This document shows positions 27,979 to 40,583 of a stretch of DNA of 64,000 bases, piece after piece (position 1 is the stretch's first letter; the number at the start of each line of letters is the position of its first letter). The DNA comes from Gordius albopunctatus (lineage: Eukaryota). The stretch covers positions 7,130,001-7,194,000 of the forward strand of contig OZ193909.1 of the NCBI GenBank assembly GCA_964276515.1, read 5' to 3'. Both the position numbers and the translations under genes were made by a program. The notes below the pieces were generated by a model that saw only the letters and a program-made list of their open reading frames with translations, was not told the DNA's origin and ran no database searches.

Positions 27979-28797
27979 ATGGTGACCCCGACGACAACGA
28001 AAATGGAAACTAAACAAATGGATGAAGATTCAACTGGGGAAAATACGATATACTTCAAGCTACCCACGTTTAACACCTTAAATCCAAGAATTTGGTTTAT
28101 TCAAATTGAATCTCTCTTTAAAATACTAAAAATTAAAAGTGAATTTACCAAATTAGGTTACCTAATTGAAAACCTTCCTCATGAGGTCACGACAGAAATA
28201 CAAGACCTTTTAGAAAACATTCCAACCGAAGCTCCGTTTACTACCCTCAAGGAGGCTATAATTACACGCACATCCCGGAGTGATACGCTGCGACTTCATG
28301 ACCTTCTTACTAACATAGAATTGGGTGACCGAACACCATCTCAGCTATTGCGTTATATGAAAAACTTATTAGGTAAACATACAATGGACGATACTATACT
28401 AAAACAACTCTGGATGGATAAACTACCAACCACAATGACCGGTATACTATCTATTTTTGCCCAAGACCAATCTCCCACAAAATTGGCAGAAACTGCAGAT
28501 AAGATAGCTGCTACATACCACGTAAACCCAATAATTAATTCTATAAATCCTAGTCTGAATAAAGAGTTGGAGGAACTTAAAGAGCTCGTTAAAAACCTAA
28601 ATATCACAGTAGACACACTAAAAAGGGATGTACAAAAATTACGAACACGTTCTTTTTCAAGACATCGATCCTATTCCCGTCACGCAAGCACCACAAAGAC
28701 AAACGGGCCTACTCTATGCTGGTATCACCATAAATTCCAAGACAAGGCCACTAAATATATAGAACCTTGTAAATTTCAACAAAGAGAGTCAAACTAA
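27979..28797 (+). CDS. Gypsy Gag
   Basis: KLPTF...WFIQIESLF, ELGDRTPSQLLRYM, LCWYHHKF; follows the PBS. Confidence 0.88.
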   Translation: MVTPTTTKMETKQMDEDSTGENTIYFKLPTFNTLNPRIWFIQIESLFKILKIKSEFTKLGYLIENLPHEVTTEIQDLLENIPTEAPFTTLKEAIITRTSRSDTLRLHDLLTNIELGDRTPSQLLRYMKNLLGKHTMDDTILKQLWMDKLPTTMTGILSIFAQDQSPTKLAETADKIAATYHVNPIINSINPSLNKELEELKELVKNLNITVDTLKRDVQKLRTRSFSRHRSYSRHASTTKTNGPTLCWYHHKFQDKATKYIEPCKFQQRESN

Positions 28798-28880
28798 TAG
28801 GCCAGACAGCAAAAGCGACGCCTGGCAACGGCCTTAAAAAAACAAGTCGCTTATTTTACATATACGATAATTCTTCTACT

Positions 28881-30209
28881 ATGGATTTTTTAGTCGACAC
28901 CGGCGCAGAAATTAGTGTAATACCGGCAACCAAACATGAAAGACTTAATTGTTCCAATATACAGCTTCAAGCTGCCAATGCAAGCACCATAAAAACTTTT
29001 GGCCAAAAATTGTTAAGATTAGACTTAGGCTGTAAACGATCATATCAATGGATTTTTACAATAGCCGACGTAAAGTTCCCAATATTAGGAGCTGATTTTT
29101 TAACTAATTTTAACTTTATTATTAATATTTCAAAAAAAACAACTGATCGAATCACCAATTACACCGGTCAAAGAGATTGCTGTAAACTCACAATTAGCTG
29201 TAGTAAATCCTCCGGAATTTAATTGGCTATTAAAAAAATTCCCAGCTGTTTTCAAACCTACAGTATATACACCAAAAGTAAAACATAATACACAACATCA
29301 TATAGAATCAAAAGGACCTCCAATATTCTCCAAACCAAGACGGTTGAATGAGGAGAAACTTAAGGTAGCAAAAAAGGAATTCATGCACATGTTAAATTCA
29401 GGCATCATCAGAGCATCCAATAGCTACTGGGCTTCACCACTCCACATGGTACCAAAAAAGAACAATGAGTGGAGACCATGTGGAGATTATCGAGCCCTCA
29501 ATACAAAAACAATTCCCGATCGTTATCCTCTACCCCACATACATGATTTTTCCCTCTCCTTGAAAGGAAAAAGTATATTCACTAAAATAGATTTAATAAG
29601 AGCTTATCATCAAATACCAATGGCACCTGAAGACATCAAAAAAACCGCCATCACAACCCCTTTCGGTCTTTTTGAATTTTTACGCATGCCTTTCGGGCTC
29701 AGAAATGCCGCACAATCATTTCAAAGATTCACAGATAATGTTCTCAGAGGATTGATTAACACATTTACTTATTTGGATGACATCTCAATTGCCAGTTCTT
29801 CTCTAACAGAACACAAAATCCACGTCGAACAGGTAATCCAACGATTATTCGATAGTGGTATAAATGTCAACTTACAAAAATGTAAATGGGGTGTAAAGGA
29901 AATTGAATTTTTAGGACACATCGTCACGTCTCAAGGGTTAAAACCTATACCCGATAAAATAGACACAATTGATAAATTTCCGATCCCAACTACAATGACA
30001 CAATTGAGAAGATTTATTGGCATGATAAATTTTTATCGACGGTTTATTCCTAAATGTGCAGATATCCTCAAACCCTTAACCGATCAACTTGACGACACCA
30101 AAAGACCAATTGAGTTAGCACAAGAAGCAAAGGAAGCATTTATTCAGACAAAAAAGGCTCTTAAACAAATAACTAGTCTATCTCATTTAGACGAAAGGAA
30201 CAAAATATC
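28881..30209 (+). pseudogene. Gypsy pol: aspartic protease and RT, frameshifted and cut by the hAT insertion
   Basis: [57 protein letters not shown]. Confidence 0.92.
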
Positions 30210-32622
30210 TAGTGATGCGGAAAAACCGAGACAAATCTCGGTCTCGTCTCGAAAAACCGAGACGAGATTTTGAAAAATTGAGTCGAGATCGAGACGAGAA
30301 TTTTGACCTCGAGACGAGACGAGATTTTATCGGCGAGATCTCGACTTTAATTTTTATTTTTTACTATTAAGTTAAATTTAACTATTTAAAAAACTTATTT
30401 CATGAAATTTAAATTTAGGATATTAAATGAAATTAATATGATTTTGAACTTTTGATTTTAAATTACTTACGCACCTAATTATCCGCTTCGCGCTAATTTC
30501 AAATTCATAGTATAATCTTATTAAAACATTAACATAGTGTTATTCGAAGAAGTAATTATGTATTTATTTAGCTTATATAATATGAAAATTTTAGACGATG
30601 AGTTTTTCCCCAGCATGCAATTTAAAAAAGAACAAGCTACTGAAACATTTCACAATATCCAAAGAGGAATCAAATAAAATGGGGAAATGTAAATTCTGTT
30701 CCAAAGAAATAAAAATGACAGATAGCAATACTTAAGGTCTTCAACGACATCTAAAACGTTACCATCATAAGGATTATTATACCCTTTACCCTACTCAAGT
30801 TAATAAGGAATCAAAACTGCCCAACAACTTTTTTTCAGCCAACCTAGAGGCTTCAGGAAATGTAAGCTTATAATAGTTATTATATATCAAGCATATTCTT
30901 TAAAAATGACTAAATACTTGTATATATTTGCTATGAAATATTATTTTTACTAATGCATTGGACAGATTTCATAAAATATATTTTTTAAACTTACTGTTTT
31001 TTTAATGATTGAGTTATTATTTGAAAAAACACTACCATTCCCTTATTAACTTTTTATTTTTAACTCATCAGAGGCCGATTAAGCAAACAGAATTTGAAAG
31101 TAAACTTGTGCAGTGGTGTGCTGTCAAATATTTACCCTTCAACTTTTTTGACGATGATTTGACTATATCCTTATTTAAGTCTATAAACCCATCTCTAAAT
31201 GTACCCCGAAGAGATAACATGAAAATTTTAATTTCACAGCATTTTTTGGATAAACAAAAAGCTATTATGGCCATCCTGCAATCCAACACTTCAAAGATAT
31301 CATTCACTATTGATGGATGGACGTCCATTCAAAACAAGTCTTATTATGGTGTGACAGCCCATTTCATTTCAGCACAATGGGCATTTAATTCATTTGCTTT
31401 TGATTTTCTTCCATCAAATGGATTACATACTGGTAAAGATATTGCAAATATATTTTTTAATCTATTGAAAAATTATAATATTTTACACAAAATTCAGGGA
31501 ATCACACTAGATAATACATCTGCCAATACCACTTTTATAAAAGAGTTAGGAACACTATTAAATAACACCCAAAACATATTTGACCCAAAAGAACAGCATT
31601 TTTTTTGCTTTGCACATGCTTTGAATCTTGCTGTTAAAGATATGTTAAAAGTTTTAAGGTGTGAAGAGGATTGTATTGATATTGAAAATGAGGAAGATTT
31701 TGATAATGATACAAAAACTATAAACAAATTAAGAACTTTATTTATAAAACTTAAGAAATCAGAAAAATGGAACAATAAATTAATTAATTGTTGTGAAACT
31801 ACAAATATTAAAAGCCTTTCTCCAAATATTGATGTTTCAACTAGGTGGAACTCAACATATGATATGATAAAAACAGGAATTAGAATGAAAGAGGCTATAA
31901 ACCTGCTTTGTACTAATAATAAAGAACTGGAAAAATTATTTTTGAAGGAAGCAGAATGGGAATTGTTAGAGTTATTTGTAATAATATTAGTTGATTTTAA
32001 GATTTTATCAGCACAGTTAGGTGCTGATAAATATGTAACATTACCATTAGTGGTTTTGGGGTTTAATATGCTCTTAGATAAAATAGATAGAACCATTATA
32101 AAACTTCTTAATAATAACCATACAAATAATGACGAAATTATGCTATTAGCGTTACAGACAGGTAGGGAAAAATTATTGAAATATTACAATAAAATGAATT
32201 TGGTTTATTGTGCTGTTTTAATACTTGACCCAAGACATAAAAAGGAAACTTTTAATATGATCCCATGGGGTAAGGAGATTGCCAATTTTTCTTTAAAAAA
32301 ACCTGAAAATTTATTTAAAAATAATTACCACCAGCCACCAACTTTATTAGAAAATAATATAGTTACTTTGGCTAATAATGATAACGATCATTTAGATTTA
32401 GGATCTTTGTTTGAAAATAACGAGGGAGATGATATCGATTCATGGACAGCCGAGTTAAATCGGTATTACGCCTCACGACGAGCTAATAAGTCGGAGGATA
32501 TTTTAAATTGGTGGCTGATGAACAAAAATAATTATCCCAATCTAGCAGCAATGGCTAGAGATTTTCTGAGCATCCCGGCCACCTCGGTGCCTGCCGAACG
32601 ATTGTTTTCGAAAGCGTCTCTG
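30210..32622 (+). mobile_element. hAT (Ac/ZBED-like) transposon lacking its right end
   Basis: Left TIR tagtgatgcgg with cgagac repeats; BED-finger exon (CKFC...LQRHL...H) with in-frame TAA at 30733; intron 30862-31071; transposase exon follows. Confidence 0.92.
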
Positions 32623-33084
32623 CAACATTCGTCACTCGACAGCAATGCTAGCGAGTTTGTACAACGCCTTAGACAACATTTCGACAACGTACGTTTTTCA
32701 CCACCACGTCAGCCTAACACTAAACAACATATCCCTACCGATTTGTTTTCTACACCTTACATTTTTACCAGGACTAATAAAGTTCGAAAAAGCTTATCCC
32801 CACCATATGAAGGCCCTTTCAAAGTTATTGATAGACAAACTAAATACTTTATAGTAGACAGAAACGGGAAACATGATAACATTTCTATCGATCGGTTAAA
32901 ACCAGCTTATACTGAATCAGTCAACCATACTGAACCACTGTTAGAAGGCCCCCTCATTCAAACCAAACCTTCCACCTCTACGTCCACAATAACCTCAACT
33001 AACACAACAACAAATCATACAACAACAAAATCAGGACGAAAAGTGCATTGGCCAGTTAAATTAGCTGAATACATATATTTTTAG
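31072..33084 (+). CDS. Open chimeric frame: hAT transposase catalytic core fused to a gypsy integrase C-terminus
   Basis: FTIDGWTS, ITLDN, CFAH, TRWNSTYDM, SIPATSVPAERLFS, then from 32623 a sequence nearly identical to 24143-24604. Confidence 0.8.
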   Translation, partial: RPIKQTEFESKLVQWCAVKYLPFNFFDDDLTISLFKSINPSLNVPRRDNMKILISQHFLDKQKAIMAILQSNTSKISFTIDGWTSIQNKSYYGVTAHFISAQWAFNSFAFDFLPSNGLHTGKDIANIFFNLLKNYNILHKIQGITLDNTSANTTFIKELGTLLNNTQNIFDPKEQHFFCFAHALNLAVKDMLKVLRCEEDCIDIENEEDFDNDTKTINKLRTLFIKLKKSEKWNNKLINCCETTNIKSLSPNIDVSTRWNSTYDMIKTGIRMKEAINLLCTNNKELEKLFLKEAEWELLELFVIILVDFKILSAQLGADKYVTLPLVVLGFNMLLDKIDRTIIKLLNNNHTNNDEIMLLALQTGREKLLKYYNKMNLVYCAVLILDPRHKKETFNMIPWGKEIANFSLKKPENLFKNNYHQPPTLLENNIVTLANNDNDHLDLGSLFENNEGDDIDSWTAELNRYYASRRANKSEDILNWWLMNKNNYPNLAAMARDFLSIPATSVPAERLFSKASLQHSSLDSNASEFVQRLRQHFDNVRFSPPRQPNTKQHIPTDLFSTPYIFTRTNKVRKSLSPPYEGPFKVIDRQTKYFIVDRNGKHDNISIDRLKPAYTESVNHTEPLLEGPLIQTKPSTSTSTITSTNTTTNHTTTKSGRKVHWPVKLAEYIYF

Positions 33085-36000
33085 CACTCCTTGCAAACTG
33101 GAGGGGGAATTATATGGCTACCTAGGCAATTTGAATAAAGCAACTCACATCGGTTACCTAGGAAAAAAACTTAACCTTTATTATTCAAGTATTCATACAC
33201 CTTAATCATAAAAATGAATACATTCAAGTATTTGAATGTCTGACATTTCAACGTTATTATTACCTTGCGACGTGAATTTTCGAAGTAATTCTTTCCTGAC
33301 ATTTTCACCCGTCTTTTTCTCTTCGTCAAACTGTGTAGTAAATAACACAAGTTTAACTAAATTATACTCTTCATTGATATAATGAATAGCCAATGTTATA
33401 TAGTTATTCTTCTTGTAATCATCGACCCACATATCAGTTGTGGCTACAAAAAGTAATGAATTATAAATATTATAAAAATACCTGCACACAGACCCTTATT
33501 AAAATATTTGGTCAAGCTGGGACGTAACATTGACCTTAATTGATCCGCTCGGTCAATCATATTTCTTGATATCGTTGTGGGATCTGGACAGGTCTCTGTC
33601 ATATCTATTGGACCATAAACGCTCTCAATATGAATTAAATAGGAGTGGTTGTTGATCTTTCTTCTTATTGTGACAAATGTGCTTCCTTAGGTGGTTAGTT
33701 CCTAATTTTGTTTAACATACTTAGTTTAAAAAACAAAATAAATAAAAAAGGTAGTAATAGTACTCATATTTTGGTTTACTATATTTATAAATATTACAAA
33801 TAATATATTTTTAACAGTATAAAAAATTACCTGTAGAAGTTGCATTGTAGGAATAAATTGTTTGACATCCACTACAACTTACAAAATTTGGTATTATTTT
33901 CATCAAATATCAATTGAACATGTCCCACACCTTTGATTTCCCAGTTACATTGTTTTCTACTCTGTATACATTTGTTTCAATCATTTTTTTAAATCTTATT
34001 ATAATCAATATCCTCATTCACTATAATGATAATAAATAGTGTAACAGTTATTTACAATAATATTTCATATTCATTTAAAATACATAGAAATAGGATTTAC
34101 AAATTACTCATTTATTTAAATATTTTTATGTTGCTTTATGAATATTTATTTATGTAATTTAAATACACTTTGAATATGATTGTTATAGATGATTGGAATA
34201 AACATTTTACACTTGTATATCATGCATCATTTTAATTATTTAAGACTTAAAAAGTTGTGAATTCTAAAAAATATACCAATAGAATACAAACAAATAGTTT
34301 AACTATTAATAAAAAAATTTGTATAAAGGTTATATTATTCTAAAACTGCTATTTTAATTCTTACCTCCTCCAGATCTTTTGCTATAACACAATGTAAAAT
34401 TATATATAAAGTTCTCCATGATGATTTGTATTCTTTAAAGGGGATGGTGAAAAAAATCATATTTATTTATCTATATTTAGTTTCCTAATATCAAGTAAAC
34501 TGCTCATATGTTATAGACTTGAGACAACTATTTAACATCCATTTATTGTTATTATGAAACCATTATTATATAGCTGATTATAATCCATATAGTAAATGAA
34601 ATTTATAGTAACTGTTCAAATGTTTTAAGTTTGAAGTGCAATTAATGATATTATAAAAAAAATTTATATAATTATATAACAAACTAATATATATTTAGTA
34701 CTAATTTATACTATCTAATATTAAGTTAAATACTCGTATGTTATAGATTTTAGAGGCAACTATTTAATATCAAATCATTGTTAAGATATATTGTCTTAGG
34801 GTAAAATATCTCACATCCACATGATTTAAAATATTTTATAAATAAACAAGTTATCATACCATATTAATTAAAATTATAACTCACTTTTAAGTTATCTTTG
34901 AATATGTATTAAATGTAATTTAAATTAATGATGAGGAGTAGCTAAATCTTCACGATTAACACAAAAAAAATTTAAAATATAACTTTATTGAAATAATTTA
35001 CCTTTTAATAGTCAAATTAAAAACAGGAGTAATTTATGTAGTTTGAATTAGTGATGATAATTAGCTTGCACTTCAGAGTTCGGAGTTTTAAAATTTAAAA
35101 AAAGAGGAAATCCAGCCCCTTGACGAAATGGACAGCTGGCAAAAAGTCATAAAAGTTGCAAAATAGTATGCTTATTTATATATATATAAAATATATGATT
35201 TATATATACAATTTATATTATATTTTTTGTTAGAAAAAATAGGTCTCGCGTGTTTTTTACAATGTATAAACTTGGACCCGACTCTAAAAATTTGACCCGA
35301 CCCGTAAGCATTTAAAAATTTTCAACTCGAACCCGACCCGAAAGCATTTAAAAAATTTTTTACCCGTACCCGATCCGACCGGTCCGGGTTTCGGGTCACC
35401 CGTGCAGTTCTCTAGTGTTATATAAGCATATAAGCCAATTAGAAAGAGAGGGAGGGAGGCTCAAAGGAAGACGCGATTTTGCATAGGGACTAATTGCATT
35501 TTCGATATATATTAAAAAGTAAAAACAATAGGGAAAAAGATCATTTTTCAATGTTTTACCCTAAGTTGGTTCTACCACTTATAGGTTTAAAAATTTTATT
35601 AGCCATTCAATATGGCTCTATTAAGCATCGAAAAGGGTCAAAAACAATCATTTTCGCAACTTTGAATCGAAATATCTAAAAAAAACTTGACGTATAGGAA
35701 AAAAACGAAAAAGATATTTCTTTTCACCACAAAAAACTCTATCGGAATATATTGACTGGTTCCCGGTTATTTACACAAGACCATTATTTGTTGACTAGTG
35801 TTATTTTTCTAGCTATATTTTCCCTCGCCACAATTATCTGATTACCAAAAACTCTTTCCCGTCGAGTGTATTACCATATTCCCCCATAACCTTGCGACCC
35901 GCTACTCCAACATTTTGATTCTACCCCAAGAACCTTACCTATCGATATTACATGAAACACTGTTCCCACCGAAAACGTTTCTGACTTATATTTATCCAAA

Positions 36001-36771
36001 AAAAGATCCTCAAATTCACTTATTTTCGATTGATTCTCGACTACCTTCACTCCCAATCTAACCGAAAACACCTAAGGCATTAATAAACCGAAATTAACAG
36101 CTAAAATCCTCTGAAACTAACACTCCAACCCTGACGTTACAGAAGCCCTTGGACATAATAATTGACCACGACACTCTTCCTTCTTCTTTACCGGACCTAA
36201 CACTATAGCTTTTTGCCCCATTGCGTCTACCACTCTTACAACTTGGTCCCCAAGACTCAAAAATTATTTTTAAAATGGAAACAAATATTTTTGCTATCTA
36301 CTAATAATCGCAAATCTTTTCTAAAAGTAAGAAAATGGCATTATTAACTTTTTCGAATATTTATTATCTCATTCATCTTTACAAAATATTTTTACCTTAA
36401 TAAATAAAATTGCCTATTTGAAAAAAAGTTATACTTAAATTCAAAATGATTTTAGAAGATAATAACAACCCCTTTTTACTAATTTCTAATATAACAAAAT
36501 GATTTTGTTTAAACATATATTGTTAAATAGTTAAAGCTTCAATATTCAATTTTATTTCTCAATTGAAAGTCTTCATCAGGATATAAGTTTATTAGTCATC
36601 ATGATATTTTAAAAAATCATATGAGAAAAATACAATTTGACAACGAAGAATGATGTGTAAATATAAGTTCTTAGTAGACCAAATACTGCACGTTTGAAGG
36701 TTATCCTGGAAGTCCCATTGAAGCATATTTTAAACCTAAACAAAACATTAAACAAATTAAGACATCGAAAT

Positions 36772-37060
36772 TAGAGATCGGCAACGGGCCGTTTTTAGGA
36801 GGTCGGCCCGTACCCGTTTTGAAAACTTTCAGGCCCGCCCGCGCCCGTCCCTATTATTTTCAAGACAGTTTACAGAATTTTAAGCCCGTTCGTGCCCATT
36901 AGGAAACTTTTTAAGCCCGCCCGAGCCCGTTATCTAACATTGTTTGACCCGTCCGTGCCCAGCCCGTTATAATTTTACCTTTTGAAAGCCCGTCCATACC
37001 CGCCTGCAGGCCGGACTTTTATGCCCGTGGGCGGGTCGGGCCTGCCTGTGCAGATCTCCA
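36772..37060. mobile_element. hAT-like MITE with gcccg repeats
   Basis: tagagatcggca / tgcagatctcca termini; degenerate TSD atcgaaat / ttcaaaat. Confidence 0.7.
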
Positions 37061-37286
37061 TTCAAAATATATTTAAAAAGGAATAGGATATGATAATATG
37101 AAAAGTGTCAAGTCTTGGATAGACGGTTTTGCCTTATTAGGCACATTTAAAGGGGTTTTAAAAATTATGACTTTTAATTTTTTGTGGGGCGTTATATCTG
37201 CTAACAAAGGAGTTTAGCCACACTTTAATTACGCCCATATAACTTAAATCTTTTCAAACGTTATTCAAATAATATAGCATGAAGGG

Positions 37287-37454
37287 CATGGGCGTAGCCA
37301 ATGTGGGGGCAAGGAGGAGCGGCTGCCCCCCTCTAAATCCAAAAATTTGTTGAAATTTATTAAAATTATTACTAAAATTTCAATAAATGTTCATCTTGCC
37401 CCCCTTTAAATCATTATTGCCCCCCCCCCTAATTCAATGCTGGCTACGCCCATG
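37287..37454. mobile_element. hAT-type MITE
   Basis: Perfect 14-bp TIR catgggcgtagcca / tggctacgcccatg and TSD atgaaggg. Confidence 0.9.
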
Positions 37455-37520
37455 ATGAAGGGTATGCATTTACAGTTTACAAAAACTTAAAATACAATAT
37501 CTTTGTATATTCAAATATCG

Positions 37521-40500
37521 TCATTTATAAAAAATTCATTATAAAATTTACTTTTTCATTTTTAACCTTTTTTATGACTTTTTGTCTTTCCAAGTCGTTA
37601 TGCAAGCTGTCATGCTTAATTTTCTCCTTCATCCTTCTAGCCCAAAGCTATTAAAAGAAGTAAAGGTGACATTAAAAACGAATAATGTGTTAAAAATTAA
37701 GGAATTAGTTAATTTGCAAGAAGAACCCAAAATAAAGCGATAAGTAACTATTAACAAGACATATTTGAATTGGACCACAATTACTAGGCCACTTTTAAAT
37801 GGTTAAATTTGACTTTATTATATATATATACTATTATATATACCATATAGCTTAATGGTTATAATTAAATTAGCCGGGTCTTAATATTTATCTTATAACC
37901 TTATCTCTTTTTAAATCGTTAATAACTCTTCTAAGTATAATACTTCAAAAATCTTATACAACACATTAATTTAAAAATATTGTAAGTTGTTAGCGGGTGA
38001 CCCGAATGGTTGAAAACTTTTAATGCTTTCCGGTCGGGTTAAAAAATTTACAATGCTTAAAAGTCGAATTTAGGCTACATTAAGAAAGGGTGGGGCCGGT
38101 CAAAGTCTAAGCTTCATTTCGCAATATCCTTAGATTAAACGAAATTCAAGTTTAAAAAGCTTGATGGATATTTTATTAAAAAAGTGAAGTCTTAACATGA
38201 ATTAGTTCGTTTAACGTGGACCTTAACTGCTCTAAAGCTATTCATTCAAGCAGGGCATAAATTTTGAATAAAATACGTCAAGGTAAAATAATTTTTTTTT
38301 CAAATCTATTTTTATAAATAATGCTACATTTAATTTATTATTTAAAAAAAACATTTATTTAATCAATTTCATTATTTAATTTCATATGGGAAATGAAAAA
38401 TTGGAATCACAACTCATACTTAAACTCGTAATTTAAATTTTAAGGAAAATATATAAACATATATTATTTTTAAGAAGATTTTTACCCTCATAATTAATGT
38501 TCTTCATAGATATATTTTCGGGATATATTATTTTAATGTTAGATTTAGTCCATCTATAAAATTGACCTTACTTCACAAAATTAATGTATAAATAGGTCCT
38601 ATGATTGTATATGTAGAACTGTTAAAGTTCAACCTAAAAGTTTAGAAAACAAAGAAAGCGCAAATAGGACCCGATATTCTGATTTCAACGGTATTGAATC
38701 ATTATTATAAATTGTTCAAATAGATTTTGTACTCGTAATTTTTCGCATGAATTAGTTTGTTAAAGCGACTATTTAATTTATCGGTCGGGTTGGATTTGAT
38801 TCAAGTCGAAAAAATTCAATTGCCTTCAAACCGGGGTTGGTTCGGATTAAAAAAGGCAATTTGCAAGCGTTATGTGTCCGTAATTGCTGACACTATAATA
38901 ATAAAGTTGAATATTTTTAGATAGGCAAAATAAGCGTTCTAATTCAAATTTACTTCTATCTTTTTTTTCATGCGATCTTTCCAAGGCAAAGCAATTCCCT
39001 TTTTATTAGAATACAGCAGGGCTTGAATGTCGGGATCTTCGTGGCCAATAATTAAATAATCTTTGTGAACCTTAAATTTAGGACACATGCAGGATGCAAC
39101 AATCCAAATGGAAACATCTTGTCCCTTCGTCAAATCTATTCTAGTTTCTAGCATGACTTCCTTAACTTTCCCTTTCAAAATAATCAACCCATCGAGGTTT
39201 TCGATTTTAAACAATTCCACCTTTATCGCTAAAGCAAATAATAAACATGAACAATATTTATATATATATTTTAACAATGAAACATTTATAAGTTTTACCG
39301 TAATCATATTTTTTCTGATAAAAATATTTTTGCTTCAACTTAGTGGCGGGGGCACATCGGCAGGCTAATGCATATAAAACATTTTTTTAATCATAAGATA
39401 AACTTAAATATTATTTGTAAAAAATTTTATGAGGATAATTCGTTGAAAAACAGATAAAATATTTAAACTTAAGCATACTATGAGGGGAAGATTTATTAAA
39501 TGGGGCATGGATATGTTTCGCCTTTTTAAATCTTGGACCATTCTCGCCACTTAAAAATTGCTCATGCTGCTTATAAGTTAGGGATGCAAGGGAACTTTTG
39601 ACTATGGCTTGCGGTGATATGCATATGCCACGTTTGTGGGTAGGAAAATTGGCACAATCCAAGTCGACAGGCCAGGTCTCGTTGAATTTCTTAAGGAGCG
39701 GTTCGCAACTTCGTCGAGCTTGGGTGCAAACATGTTGGCATGGTAGAATCATGGCTTGGTTCGCTTCTCGTCCACCATCATCCATCTCCAGTTTAATCAT
39801 GGATATGGGATCGATAACGTCATCGTCACCACCTGTATGGTGTTTAGAACCAGTAAACGTGGTTGCATCAAGGTAGTTGGATTGATCAACTAGGAGACGC
39901 GATTGTAATTGATCGCTCGCGAAAAACTCAGCGTCGCACATAGGTACGTGTAGGGAGCATAGAAAGAAGGTAAGGATCGAGCTGCAATTGTTGCGTAACC
40001 GCACTAAAAGCTTGTATCTATCCATGACTAGGCGCACGTTCAACTGCGTAGCTTCGTGGAAATAATTGGGCATTTTGGTGACGTTGTAGGGCATACCCTG
40101 GCACATGGGTACTTGGATGCGTTCGCACACTTTACGATTAGAAGACGCATGGTGATGGAGATGAGCCTTAGGATGGTTCCTCTTAGATCTTAAAGGAATT
40201 GAGGTTAACGTTATAAGATTTATAGGTTTATCATGTTGCCCATTGCTATTGAAACCACTAAAGGTATATGGCTGATTCTTGTGGCGGGTGATAATCCTCC
40301 TTCGCCTTCTGCGCTCTTTCCAAAATTGAGTTTTTTCAGTCAACATGGGTATGGGTATAGAGGTTGAGATTATTGCAGGAATTGGAGATGAGAAAATGTT
40401 AGACAGGTTTGTCATATCGTGTCTTATCTGCTCCGATATAGCTCTTCGCAATTGTCGGTAAGTAGTGGGAGTCTTTGTGACTCTAAAGAACGTATGGTTA

Positions 40501-40583
40501 TGCCAATTCAAAGCCGAAGTTTGATCATATATAGCAAAAAGGTATAAGGTAAGGATACTCAAATATATCAACGTTTTCATCAT
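37521..40583 (-). CDS. Secreted frizzled-related protein, sFRP3/4 (FRZB) type; exons about 40583-39478, 39364-39299, 39230-38954, 37648-37521
   Basis: Signal peptide; Frizzled CRD (CERIQVPMCQGMPYNVTKMPN, FFLCSLHVPMC, PCQHVCTQARRSCEP, WPVDLDC, GICISPQAIV); spliced NTR domain (CRC...YDYA, SCMCPKF...YLIIGHED, WKDRMKKKIELW); no transmembrane segments seen; the last exon is less certain. Confidence 0.9.

Larger units (their letters stand above)
27836..33257 (+). mobile_element. Ty3/gypsy element with two half LTRs, interrupted by a hAT
   Basis: LTR right half 27836-27977; PBS tggtgaccccgacg (complementary to the tRNA-Trp 3' end) at 27980; gag, protease, RT; integrase tail, PPT and LTR left half 33111-33257. 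Confidence 0.92.
26413..35414 (-). mobile_element. Decayed full-length hAT transposon carrying nested insertions
   Basis: TIRs tagagaactgca / tgcagttctcta; perfect TSD gtgttata; minus-strand remnants ATTDMWVD, RLNCFSHLLN, YLAIPASSSSSERSFS. Confidence 0.93.
26180..35800. mobile_element. Second copy of the foldback MITE, split into 26180-26412 and 35415-35800; left arm missing
   Basis: 26180-26412 matches the core at ~17995-18225; 35423-35800 is the right arm ending ctagtg+tta. Confidence 0.85.

Noticed and set aside
30210..30273. Novel C-terminal extension of the gypsy RT ORF
   Set aside because: Read-through into the hAT left terminus.
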